NCBI GenBank assembly: GCA_024239035.1
Contig: JANBVK010000001.1
Location: forward strand, 572,202-621,264
Reading direction: 5' to 3'
Length of the DNA stretch: 49,063 nt
Source of the DNA: Patescibacteria group bacterium
GTDB lineage: Bacteria > Patescibacteriota > Minisyncoccia > UBA6257 > GWB1-50-10
Part shown: positions 27,338 to 36,012 of the stretch, one piece after another
Layout: each line of letters opens with the position of its first letter
How positions within the stretch are numbered: position 1 is the first letter of the stretch
The notes under the pieces: model-generated
What the model was told of the DNA's origin: nothing
Seen by the model: the letters and a program-made list of their open reading frames with translations, nothing else
Databases searched by the model: none
Made by a program: the position numbers and the translations under genes

Positions 27338-28096
27338 ATGGAAGCAGTACCCGGATACATCCGCGTTACGGGGCGGAGAACAAGAAATATTTTCAATCCT
27401 GCCTCAGAAGAGCCGTTTAAACTCAGTCGTTCAAAGATCGAGTTATTTACCGAATGCCCGCGCTGTTTTTATTTAGACCGCCGTTTGGGCGTTGGCCGGC
27501 CGCCTGGCTTTCCTTTTACTCTTAATTCTGCAGTTGATACACTCTTAAAAAAAGAATTTGATATTCATCGAACTCGCGGTTCCCGCCACCCCTTGATGGA
27601 GGCGTATGAGGTTGATGCAGTACCTTTCATCCATGAGAAGATGAACGAATGGCGGGATAATTTTAAGGGAGTTCAACATTATCACCGACCGACAAATCTG
27701 GTTATAACTGGTGCGCTGGATGACATTTGGATTAATAAGGAAGGGGAACTAATGGTAGTAGATTATAAAGCAACAAGCACCAAGAACGAGGTTACCTTAA
27801 ACGCGAGACACCACGAAGCGTTCAAACGACAGTTGGAAATTTACCAATGGCTCCTGCGTCAGAACGATTTTAAGGTTTCTGATATGGGTTATTTTGTTTA
27901 TGCAAATGGCGATAAAGATAAGGAGGCTTTTGATGGAAAGTTAGAGTTTAACGTTAAAATCATCCCTTATAAAGGCAGTGATTCTTGGGTAGAAGGAAAA
28001 GTTATTGAGGCGCACAAATGTATGATGGGGGAGATACCTGCAAGTTCTCCAACCTGCCCGTATTGTCTCTATCGCGAAGCCGCAGGAGAATATTAG
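27338..28096 (+). CDS. Cas4/RecB-like PD-(D/E)xK nuclease with Cys cluster
   Basis: Has the D...VVDYK core, the QLEIYQWLL (QxxxY) motif, N-terminal CPRC and C-terminal C...CPYC cysteines as in Fe-S-containing Cas4/AddB-type nucleases. No CRISPR or cas genes are nearby. Confidence 0.6.
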   Translation: MEAVPGYIRVTGRRTRNIFNPASEEPFKLSRSKIELFTECPRCFYLDRRLGVGRPPGFPFTLNSAVDTLLKKEFDIHRTRGSRHPLMEAYEVDAVPFIHEKMNEWRDNFKGVQHYHRPTNLVITGALDDIWINKEGELMVVDYKATSTKNEVTLNARHHEAFKRQLEIYQWLLRQNDFKVSDMGYFVYANGDKDKEAFDGKLEFNVKIIPYKGSDSWVEGKVIEAHKCMMGEIPASSPTCPYCLYREAAGEY

Positions 28097-28108
28097 GGTT
28101 GGATGGGG

Positions 28109-28136
28109 TTGACAATTTTTTTTCCGCTGTTATCCT
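28109..28136 (+). promoter_or_regulatory. putative promoter of the arsR-grx-DUF3179-tlpA...ccdA block
   Basis: GGGG-TTGACA (28109-28114), 16-nt spacer, TATCCT (28131-28136). Confidence 0.4.
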
Positions 28137-28165
28137 TAAGTAGTTGCTTAAACGTTTAAACTTTT

Positions 28166-28486
28166 ATGGTTATAGGAGGATACAAAATTCAATATCGTCA
28201 GGCGGTAACTGAAAACGATCGGAGACTCTCATCCATGTTTAATGCCTTGAGCGATCTTAATCGTTTTCGAGTTTTTAAGCTGCTTGCCCGCCGTCAGAAT
28301 CTCTGCGTGAGTGACCTCGCCCGCGTTTTAGACGTGAGCGTGCCGGCTGTCTCTCAGCAGCTTAGGATTCTTGAGATGAACGGTCTTGTGAAGAGAGAAC
28401 GGCGGGGACAGATGATCTGCTATAAAGTTAAAAAGGATGACCCCGTGGTCAAATTCGTTATTAAGATAACAGGTTCAATAAAATAA
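28166..28486 (+). CDS. ArsR/SmtB-family metal-responsive transcriptional regulator
   Basis: LSDLNRFRVFKLL...NLCVSDLARVLDVSVPAVSQQLRILEMNGLV is a wHTH. ATG 28235 is an alternative start. Confidence 0.8.
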   Translation: MVIGGYKIQYRQAVTENDRRLSSMFNALSDLNRFRVFKLLARRQNLCVSDLARVLDVSVPAVSQQLRILEMNGLVKRERRGQMICYKVKKDDPVVKFVIKITGSIK

Positions 28487-28516
28487 AAAGGTCGGTCTTG
28501 GAAGTTAAACCATTTT

Positions 28517-28753
28517 ATGTCTATAACAGTTTATACAACCCCAACTTGCGTTTATTGCAAGATGATAAAATCTTTCTTAAAAGATCAGAATATTGATTAC
28601 AGCGAAAAAGACGTTGCCAGTGATGATAAAGCACGAGAAGAGATGATTCAAAAATCAGGTCAACTCGGCGTGCCCGTTGTTGATGTTGACGGTAAAATTA
28701 TTGTCGGCTTTGACAAGAAAAAATTGTCAGAGTTGTTAGATTTGAAGGAATGA
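28517..28753 (+). CDS. glutaredoxin-like protein (NrdH/YruB type)
   Basis: CVYC active site, GVPVV and a GFD motif in 78 aa. Confidence 0.8.
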   Translation: MSITVYTTPTCVYCKMIKSFLKDQNIDYSEKDVASDDKAREEMIQKSGQLGVPVVDVDGKIIVGFDKKKLSELLDLKE

Positions 28754-29847
28754 ACAAAATTCTTATGGGAGTCGCCGTTTTGGTTATTCTTGTTGGTGCC
28801 GGTTTTATAGTGCAGCGGAGTTTTTTTCGCGGCGGATTTGATTTACCGGAAGGCGGCGAAACAGTAAAAGAAACTATTGTTATTAGGGACGGCGAGGTTA
28901 TTGGAATTGAAGATGGTGTTCAAACGGAAAATATTGATCAGATGAAAAAAGACGGTCAGTTTTTTGAAACTAAAGAAATTATGATTACCGACGGGGTTAA
29001 ACACAGCATCCCCTTAGAAGAGCTTTTGGGGGGTGGTCCGCCTAAAGATGGAATCCCGTCTATTGATAACCCAAAATTTATCACGACCGGCGAAGCCGAT
29101 AAGTGGTTGAGCGACGACGAGCCGGGTATTGCTTTTTCATTAGGTAACACTAACCGTTTTTATCCGTATCAAATTATGGTCTGGCACGAGATTGTAAATG
29201 ATACTGTGGAGGGGAGGCGGGTTCTTATAACTTATTGCCCTCTGTGTCTTACCGGGTTTGTTTTCGATCCGGTAGTTAAAGGAGAGCGGGTGGAGTTTGG
29301 AACATCGGGTAAGCTTTGGAAATCGAATCTCGTGATGTATGACCGAAAAACCGACAGTCTTTGGCCGCAAGTGCTGGGGGAGGCAGTGGTTGGGGAGATG
29401 ACCGGCACTAAACTAAAAACGCTGTCATCCGATCAGGTTCTTTACAGTAATTGGAAAAAACTTTTCCCCAACGGAGAGGTGTTGTCACGCGAGACAGGCG
29501 CTAACCGGTTTTACGGATCAAGTCCTTATGGAGATTATTTTTCCGTTACTAACCTTTCTCTCTCGTTAGTGAATCCGACTGACACAAGACTTCCTAATGA
29601 CGCTTTTGTTTTTGGTATAGTAATAAAAGGAAAAGCGAAGGCTTATAGTACTGAAGCGGTGAAGGCAAAAGGTGAAGTGAAGGATAGCTTCCAAGACACT
29701 TCTATTGTTTTAAGATACGATAAAGAACTCGACGTTGTGAGAATGTTTAAGGTTTCTCCAGACGGCAGTGAGGAGCGTATTAATCCTTTCTCGTCTTTCT
29801 GGTTCAGTTGGGCCGCTGCCCACCCCGATACGGAATTATATAAATAA
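28750..29847 (+). CDS. DUF3179-domain exported protein
   Basis: N-terminal TM/signal anchor, then GIPSIDNPKF and ITYCPLC motifs characteristic of DUF3179 (from memory). Confidence 0.6.
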   Translation: MNKILMGVAVLVILVGAGFIVQRSFFRGGFDLPEGGETVKETIVIRDGEVIGIEDGVQTENIDQMKKDGQFFETKEIMITDGVKHSIPLEELLGGGPPKDGIPSIDNPKFITTGEADKWLSDDEPGIAFSLGNTNRFYPYQIMVWHEIVNDTVEGRRVLITYCPLCLTGFVFDPVVKGERVEFGTSGKLWKSNLVMYDRKTDSLWPQVLGEAVVGEMTGTKLKTLSSDQVLYSNWKKLFPNGEVLSRETGANRFYGSSPYGDYFSVTNLSLSLVNPTDTRLPNDAFVFGIVIKGKAKAYSTEAVKAKGEVKDSFQDTSIVLRYDKELDVVRMFKVSPDGSEERINPFSSFWFSWAAAHPDTELYK

Positions 29848-29849
29848 CT

Positions 29850-30389
29850 ATGAATAAACTAATTTTAGCCGTTGCTGGTATTGTAGTTGTTATCATCATT
29901 GGTTTGATAGTAGTTTCCAATACTAGCGAACAGCAGGGTCTACAACCTGGAAGTAGTATAATCTCAGGGCCGCAGGAGCTTGGTAGAGTACCCGATTTTA
30001 GTTTGCAAGATTATAACGGTCAAACAGTGAGTCTTGCGGATTTCTCCGGTAAGACCCTTGTTGTGAATTCTTGGGCAGCGTGGTGTCCGTTTTGTAGGAA
30101 AGAATTGGTTGATTTTGTGACTGTGCAGAAAGAATTTGGTGATCAAGTGGTATTTATTTCCATTGACCGAGCTGAGTCTCTGAAAGTTGCCAAAAAATAT
30201 ACTGATGAGCTTGGCGTGACTGATGAGTTGGTGTTCTTGCTCGATCCGTCAGATTCGTTTTATAGGTCAATAAATGGTTTTTCGATGCCGGAGACGATCT
30301 TTGTTGATCGCGATGGCATAATTCGTATTCACAAGCGAGGTCCGATGGATGTTTCGGAGATTAGGGAAAAGGTTCAATCTATTCTATAA
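29850..30389 (+). CDS. TlpA/ResA-like membrane-anchored thioredoxin
   Basis: TM anchor plus WAAWCPFC active site. Confidence 0.8.
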   Translation: MNKLILAVAGIVVVIIIGLIVVSNTSEQQGLQPGSSIISGPQELGRVPDFSLQDYNGQTVSLADFSGKTLVVNSWAAWCPFCRKELVDFVTVQKEFGDQVVFISIDRAESLKVAKKYTDELGVTDELVFLLDPSDSFYRSINGFSMPETIFVDRDGIIRIHKRGPMDVSEIREKVQSIL

Positions 30390-30408
30390 AACACGAGGAA
30401 TAACTAGA

Positions 30409-30762
30409 ATGCATATAAGCGCTCCAATTCCACCGAACCCTATGGAAGAGTTGGAGAAAAATAAAAAGCGGGCTGAACAAGAACTGAGTGCTAGAGAGTT
30501 ACGGGGATTCAAAAAGGTCGAGGGTAGTTTAGAAGAAACTAAAACTATTATGAAATGGTCACCAATTTTACATGGAGTTGCAGCTATTGCCGGCATTCTT
30601 GGTGTGCTAGCGCTCTTGAGTTTCTGGTTCGGTCTTGCAACAGGCACAACATTTCTTGGCAACACTCCAGAACACGCTTACGATGATGCAGTAGTAATGT
30701 TACTTGTCTCGATCGCTTTTGGGATAGGTACGTTAATTCACCAACGGCAAGAAGAAAAATAA
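30409..30762 (+). CDS. hypothetical membrane protein
   Basis: ATG 30409 is preceded by GAGGAA. The longer track ORF from 30349 overlaps tlpA. Two TM helices. Confidence 0.45.
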   Translation: MHISAPIPPNPMEELEKNKKRAEQELSARELRGFKKVEGSLEETKTIMKWSPILHGVAAIAGILGVLALLSFWFGLATGTTFLGNTPEHAYDDAVVMLLVSIAFGIGTLIHQRQEEK

Positions 30763-30768
30763 ACCCTT

Positions 30769-30963
30769 ATGGTAAAAGTTATACAAAAAGAAAGTGGTAA
30801 AGAATTATATCAATGCGAGGAATGTGGCTTTAAGTACGAAGATAGTTCGACTTCGCTCACTACAGGCAAGGAATGGGCAGAGAAATGTGAGGTGTGGTGT
30901 AAGGAACATAAAAGTTGTAATTTGGAGATCATTAAACACGGCATGCCGCCAGAAAAATCATAA
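30769..30963 (+). CDS. small Cys-rich Zn-ribbon protein
   Basis: CEEC ... CEVWC ... C in 64 aa. Unknown family. Confidence 0.45.
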   Translation: MVKVIQKESGKELYQCEECGFKYEDSSTSLTTGKEWAEKCEVWCKEHKSCNLEIIKHGMPPEKS

Positions 30964-30964
30964 A

Positions 30965-31417
30965 ATGAGTGACCAACACAAGAATTTAGAATTTAATTAT
31001 ATTACTGATGGTATCTACATCGGCACCAACCAGTGTTGTGAGACTCATTTTAATGAAGGATTATTAAAAGAAGGTATTATCGCGGATATTTCTCTTGAAG
31101 AAGAGCGTCTTGATGCCCCGTTTGGCGTTGAATTTTACGTTTGGATGCCGGTAAAAGATCACACCCCGCCCTCTCCAGATCAGATTGATTTTGGCGTTGC
31201 TGCACTTCAAAAATTGGTGACCTTAGGCAGAAAAATTTACGTTCACTGCAAAAACGGTCATGGTCGGGCAAACACTCTTGTGGCTGCATATCTTATCCGC
31301 AAAGGTAAAACGCCAGAGGAAGCAGAAGCTTTTGTAAAAAAGCAGAGACCGGTTACTCATCTCCGAGATATTCAGAGAGAGGCACTCAAGCGCTTTTATG
31401 AAAAGACAAAAGAATAA
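30965..31417 (+). CDS. dual-specificity (Cys-based) phosphatase-fold protein
   Basis: P-loop VHCKNGHGRANT (HCx5R). The start was trimmed to the in-frame ATG 30965, because the longer track ORF (30794) overlaps the previous gene completely. Confidence 0.7.
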   Translation: MSDQHKNLEFNYITDGIYIGTNQCCETHFNEGLLKEGIIADISLEEERLDAPFGVEFYVWMPVKDHTPPSPDQIDFGVAALQKLVTLGRKIYVHCKNGHGRANTLVAAYLIRKGKTPEEAEAFVKKQRPVTHLRDIQREALKRFYEKTKE

Positions 31418-31420
31418 TTT

Positions 31421-32191
31421 ATGGACGTAGCGGCACTTATTATCCCAGCATTTATAGCCGGACTTCTCACTTTTATCGCTCCGTGTACTCTACCGCTTGT
31501 ACCGGGTTATTTGGGTTTTATAAGCGGCGTTTCTTTAGAAGATTTAAAAGATCCCCAAAAATCGAAAAAAGTTCGTTTCAAGATCTTCTTAAATGGTCTT
31601 TTTTACGTTATCGGTTTTAGCATAATTTTTATTTTACTTGGCAGTCTTTTCGGCTTGGCGGGTTCTGTTTTAGCAAAGTATCGTATTTTACTCTCTCGCG
31701 TTGGAGGCGTATTTGTAATTTTTTTCGGGCTCTATATGGTGCTTAGCATTTTTAAGTTGCCAATCTTCAACTTCTTGAATAGTGATAAACAGATTCGGGT
31801 AGGTAAATTTATAAAACCAGGCAACCCTTTTAGTTCTTTAATTTTTGGTTCTGCCTTTGCTTTCGGTTGGACTCCTTGTGTCGGTCCGATTTTAGGGTCT
31901 ATTCTTCTTTTAGCTTCCGCCTCAACAACCGTTTTACAAGGAGCTTTCCTTCTTTTTGTCTTTTCAATGGGGCTTGCTGTACCTTTTCTTCTTATCGCTA
32001 TTGGTATTGGCTCGGCTTCTAAGTATCTCAGCAAGATTAGTAGATACTTGGGGTTTGTATCGGTTATAGGGGGAGTTTTTTTGATCTTTCTAGGCGTTTT
32101 ATTGGTTACAAACCAATTTGCTTTTTGGTTGGCGTATGCTTTCCAGCTTTTTGATTTTATTGATTATGAGATTTTGTTGGATTATTTATAA
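31421..32191 (+). CDS. ccdA: CcdA/DsbD-family transmembrane thiol-disulfide electron transporter
   Basis: FIAPCTLPLVPGYL and GWTPCVGPILG, the two conserved Cys-containing helices. Confidence 0.85.
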   Translation: MDVAALIIPAFIAGLLTFIAPCTLPLVPGYLGFISGVSLEDLKDPQKSKKVRFKIFLNGLFYVIGFSIIFILLGSLFGLAGSVLAKYRILLSRVGGVFVIFFGLYMVLSIFKLPIFNFLNSDKQIRVGKFIKPGNPFSSLIFGSAFAFGWTPCVGPILGSILLLASASTTVLQGAFLLFVFSMGLAVPFLLIAIGIGSASKYLSKISRYLGFVSVIGGVFLIFLGVLLVTNQFAFWLAYAFQLFDFIDYEILLDYL

Positions 32192-32265
32192 AGGGCTTTG
32201 TCTAAAATTTGAAACCGGAGGCGTACAAATTTTAGGAACAAAACCTTAATTTGTAAAAACTTAGC

Positions 32266-33234
32266 ATGATTAATGAAGCAATCAAAAGTTTCTCTAAGCA
32301 ATTCATTTACAAGCCCAAGGTTGAAAATCAAGAAAAACTTAAAAAGTTTAGTGGATTCATAGTTGTTGGAATGGGTGGGTCTAATCTTGCTACAGGACTC
32401 GTAAAAATTTGGAAACCGCAGCTTAACATTACCATTCATCAGAATTATGGCTTACCCGTCGAACCTAAAGAAGATTTGAGAGATAGCTTGATAATTTTGA
32501 GTTCTTACTCCGGCAGCACCGAAGAGGTCATTGATGCATTTCAGAGCGCAGGAGAAGAGGGGCTGGCTAGAGCAGTTATATCTACCGGGGGAGAATTGCT
32601 TGATTTGGCAAAAAAAGAGGAAATTGCCTACATCCAAATTCCCGATACCGGGATTGAACCACGGTTAGCTATTGGGTTTAGTTTTAAGGCTCTGCTTAAA
32701 ATAATGGGAGAGGAAAAGAGTTTGGATGAGGTTAATCAATTACCCGAATCATTTAATCCGGCTTCATACAAAGAAGCAGGCCGCAGTTTAGCAGAAAAAC
32801 TAGAGGGTTCTATTCCGGTTGTTTATTCATCCGCTCGCAATGGGGCCTTGGCATATGTTTGGAAAGTTTCATTTAATGAGGGTGGAAAAATTCCCTGTTT
32901 TTATAATGTGCTGCCGGAATTGAACCACAATGAGATGACAAGCTTCGACGTTACAAAATCAACAAGCGCCCTATCGGAGAAATTTCACTTCATTTTTCTT
33001 AGAGACGATAATGACACCCCCCGCATTCTTAAGCGAATGGAGGTATTGGAGAGGTTGTACCGCGACAGAGGTTTCAGAATTAAAACTATAGAACTTGAGG
33101 GAGAGTCAGTGCTGCATAAAATTTTCTCCTCAGTGATACTTGTAAACTGGGCTGCATACTATACTGCTCTTCAATATAATGTGGAGCCAGAGCAGGTACC
33201 CATGGTGGAGGAATTCAAAAAACTTATTAAATAG
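32266..33234 (+). CDS. bifunctional phosphoglucose/phosphomannose isomerase (SIS)
   Basis: VVGMGGSNLA and LSSYSGSTEE SIS motifs, with a C-terminal NHNE motif region. Length of 322 aa. Confidence 0.7.
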   Translation: MINEAIKSFSKQFIYKPKVENQEKLKKFSGFIVVGMGGSNLATGLVKIWKPQLNITIHQNYGLPVEPKEDLRDSLIILSSYSGSTEEVIDAFQSAGEEGLARAVISTGGELLDLAKKEEIAYIQIPDTGIEPRLAIGFSFKALLKIMGEEKSLDEVNQLPESFNPASYKEAGRSLAEKLEGSIPVVYSSARNGALAYVWKVSFNEGGKIPCFYNVLPELNHNEMTSFDVTKSTSALSEKFHFIFLRDDNDTPRILKRMEVLERLYRDRGFRIKTIELEGESVLHKIFSSVILVNWAAYYTALQYNVEPEQVPMVEEFKKLIK

Positions 33235-33248
33235 AGATATCTACAACC

Positions 33249-33449
33249 ATGATTGAATTTATCGCTACTACGTCAGACTTTATTGGTAAACTACTAATTG
33301 CCTATACTGCCCTTCGGGTACACCACAGATTTTTAAGCGAACATAAGGTTGATAGACTTGTGTTTAGGGCAATGAAAAGAGAACAGAGACTTGGTATTTT
33401 GGGAATTATTTTTATTGTGGCGGGCTATCTTTTGAAGATAGCGCTTTAA
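33249..33449 (+). CDS. small two-TM membrane protein
   Basis: 66-aa ORF with two hydrophobic helices. Confidence 0.35.
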   Translation: MIEFIATTSDFIGKLLIAYTALRVHHRFLSEHKVDRLVFRAMKREQRLGILGIIFIVAGYLLKIAL

Positions 33450-33490
33450 CGAGATGGGATTTGAGATTCAGATGAAGGGGGCATACAGCA

Positions 33491-34141
33491 ATGGAAATTC
33501 CTAAACACTGGATTAAGATCACCACTGCCCTTATTGCGGTAATTGTTGCTGCGGTTATTTGGTTTATTCCTGAGGATTCTTACGAGATTAAAAATTATCC
33601 TTCGGCCGGAGAAACGATAGTTGCTTTCGGTGACAGTTTAGTGGAGGGTGTTGGATCCTCAGCCGGACATGATTTTGTGTCACTTCTCTCAGAAAAGATC
33701 GGCGTACCGATTGTGAACGCCGGTCGGAGCGGGGATACAACCAGTATGGCGCTTCAGCGGTTAGGGAGTGATGTACTCTCAAGGGATCCGGACATTGTGC
33801 TTGTACTCTTAGGGGGTAATGATTATCTAGAGGGCGTTGCAAAATCCGAGACATTTGGGAACTTAAACCTTATTATTGACCGTATCCAAGAAGAAGGAGC
33901 CATAGTTGCTATATTAGCCATTCAAGGGGGGTTATTTCAGGACGATTACCGAGGGAGTTTCACTCGCCTTGCTGAGGAGAAGGGCGCTGCCTACGTTCCG
34001 AACGTTCTAAGGGGGATAATCGGGCGAGCTGATCTTTTATCGGACTCGGTTCATCCAAACGATAAGGGGTATAAAATAATGGCTGATCGGATTGAACCCG
34101 TTTTACAAGATTTATTGCCTATAAAAGTGTTACAGAGATAA
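33491..34141 (+). CDS. SGNH/GDSL hydrolase
   Basis: Block I AFGDSLVEG, block III LLGGNDY, block V DSVHPN, plus an N-terminal anchor. Confidence 0.8.
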   Translation: MEIPKHWIKITTALIAVIVAAVIWFIPEDSYEIKNYPSAGETIVAFGDSLVEGVGSSAGHDFVSLLSEKIGVPIVNAGRSGDTTSMALQRLGSDVLSRDPDIVLVLLGGNDYLEGVAKSETFGNLNLIIDRIQEEGAIVAILAIQGGLFQDDYRGSFTRLAEEKGAAYVPNVLRGIIGRADLLSDSVHPNDKGYKIMADRIEPVLQDLLPIKVLQR

Positions 34142-34152
34142 GTCAGATATTT

Positions 34153-35349
34153 ATGTTATTTGATCGGCATCATTTTCATTTTTTCGGTGGTAAAGAACTT
34201 AATTCTCTCTATGTAACGATAGGCCTGATTTATTTTGCGGAAGGTCTTATAAGCGTTTTTATCCCGATTTATTTCTGGCAAATTGGTTTTCCGTTTTGGC
34301 GTATACTATTTTTTTACCTTCTTAAATCTTTGTTTTTTGTTGCTGTAACATTTTCCTTACTACCGGTAATGAGGAAACTCAGCGATAAAATGATGATGTT
34401 TTTGAGTATCCCTTTTATAATTCTTTACTTTTTTGGTTTGGGTTTTATAACCGACATTCCATTCCTTTTTTATATCCTGCCGCTTGTACACGCATTCAGC
34501 ATGCTCTTTTTTAACGTCGGGTATCATATGGATTTCTCAAGTTCGGTTGACGATGACCATGTAGGCCAGGAAGTTGGTACGCGTTATATGGTTGGAGCAT
34601 TAACTCAATTCTCTTCACCTTTTATTGGCGGAGTCATTATTGGCTTTTTGGGCTTCCAATATGTATTTCTTATTGGCAGTGGTATTTTGCTTTTGGCCGT
34701 GTTGCCGCTTTTCTTCTTTCCGCGTCGGAATCTCTCACCGGATCTGCACATTTCATCTATTCTTACTTTTTTAAAAAGTAAGAGTCTTCGATCTTTTAAC
34801 TTGTCGGGATTTGGTTATGCGACCGAGATAATGGTTGGTCAAATTGTGTGGCCTATTTTTATTTTTTTGAGCGTTGGCAGTATTCAGAACTTCGGTGGTG
34901 TGATATCAATTGGGTTACTGGCGAGTGTAATGGCTATATATTTTGCAGGATTTATGTCAGATGTGGGTCGGAGACGCAAGATTCTTTCCTGGACGACCGG
35001 TCTTTTATCGCTTGTGTGGGTGATTCGACCGTTACTTACGGGCGTTGGGGCTATTGTGGGAAGTCACGTCGGTGGTAATGTGGTAAGTTCTGCTCTTATG
35101 GTTTCCTGGTCAAGTCAGTACTATAAGATCGCAAGAGCCGTTTCTAATAAGAGTTTATTTATTTTAAGTCGAGAGATACTCTATCATGTCTCTCGCATTC
35201 TTTTTTTACCGCTTCTTATAATTCTATCGCTTATATTTTCAACTGGTGGATTTTTCAAGGTGAGCTTCCTCGTAGCTGCAGTACTCGCTCTTTTCTTTCT
35301 TTTTGCTAACAAGCAGCACATGAAAGTTCTAAAGGACGAATCTTTATGA
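34153..35349 (+). CDS. multi-pass membrane protein, MFS-like
   Basis: 398 aa and about 11-12 hydrophobic helices. No crisp motif. Confidence 0.4.
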   Translation: MLFDRHHFHFFGGKELNSLYVTIGLIYFAEGLISVFIPIYFWQIGFPFWRILFFYLLKSLFFVAVTFSLLPVMRKLSDKMMMFLSIPFIILYFFGLGFITDIPFLFYILPLVHAFSMLFFNVGYHMDFSSSVDDDHVGQEVGTRYMVGALTQFSSPFIGGVIIGFLGFQYVFLIGSGILLLAVLPLFFFPRRNLSPDLHISSILTFLKSKSLRSFNLSGFGYATEIMVGQIVWPIFIFLSVGSIQNFGGVISIGLLASVMAIYFAGFMSDVGRRRKILSWTTGLLSLVWVIRPLLTGVGAIVGSHVGGNVVSSALMVSWSSQYYKIARAVSNKSLFILSREILYHVSRILFLPLLIILSLIFSTGGFFKVSFLVAAVLALFFLFANKQHMKVLKDESL

Positions 35350-35361
35350 TACTATTACTAC

Positions 35362-35991
35362 ATGGCTTACGAATTACCGAAGTTACCATATCCCTATGAT
35401 GCCTTAGAACCATACATTGATGCGCGGACGATGGAGGTTCATCACACAAAGCATCACCAAGGGTATGTAGATAAGCTAAACAAAGCGTTAGAAAGACATG
35501 CTGATTTAGAGGGTAAGTCTCTCGAGAAATTACTCCAGTCGCTTGACTCGGTTCCGGATAATATTCGCACGGCCGTACGTAGTAATGGTGGTGGTCACTT
35601 CAACCATTCACTTTTCTGGAGAGTGATGAGTTCACCAGCAGATGGAGGTGGTGGTGAACCGGGAGGAGATTTAGCTGAAGCGATTATTAAGAAATTTAGT
35701 AGTTTCTCAAGCTTTAAAGAAGAATTCACTAAAGCCGCGGTGACCCGTTTTGGCAGTGGTTGGGCATGGCTCTTTATAGATAAAGGAGGTGAATTTGCAA
35801 TTACATCTACTCCAAACCAGGATAGCCCTATTATGGAAGGACTGAACCCTGTTTTAGGCCTTGATGTCTGGGAGCACGCGTATTATCTGAAATATCAAAA
35901 CCGGCGACCGGACTACATTGAAGCGTGGTGGAACGTGGTAAATTGGGAGGAGGTTGGGAACAATTTCAAATCAAACGGCTCAACGCGTTGA
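35362..35991 (+). CDS. sod: Fe/Mn superoxide dismutase
   Basis: [19 protein letters not shown] and DVWEHAYYL motifs. Confidence 0.9.
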   Translation: MAYELPKLPYPYDALEPYIDARTMEVHHTKHHQGYVDKLNKALERHADLEGKSLEKLLQSLDSVPDNIRTAVRSNGGGHFNHSLFWRVMSSPADGGGGEPGGDLAEAIIKKFSSFSSFKEEFTKAAVTRFGSGWAWLFIDKGGEFAITSTPNQDSPIMEGLNPVLGLDVWEHAYYLKYQNRRPDYIEAWWNVVNWEEVGNNFKSNGSTR

Positions 35992-35997
35992 GCCGTT
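35974..35997. repeat. AACGGCTCAACG hairpin repeat, copy 4 (loop-less palindrome)
   Basis: AACGGCTCAACG (35974-35985) is directly followed by CGTTGAGCCGTT (35986-35997). It encodes the last five sod codons (NGSTR) and the TGA stop. Confidence 0.9.
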
Positions 35998-36012
35998 TAA
36001 CTCTTCGGAGTT

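Noticed and set aside
30794-31417. 207-aa version of the phosphatase ORF
   Set aside because: Its first 57 codons overlap the 64-aa Zn-ribbon gene out of frame and give an Arg-rich translation. The in-frame ATG at 30965 starts right after that gene's stop.
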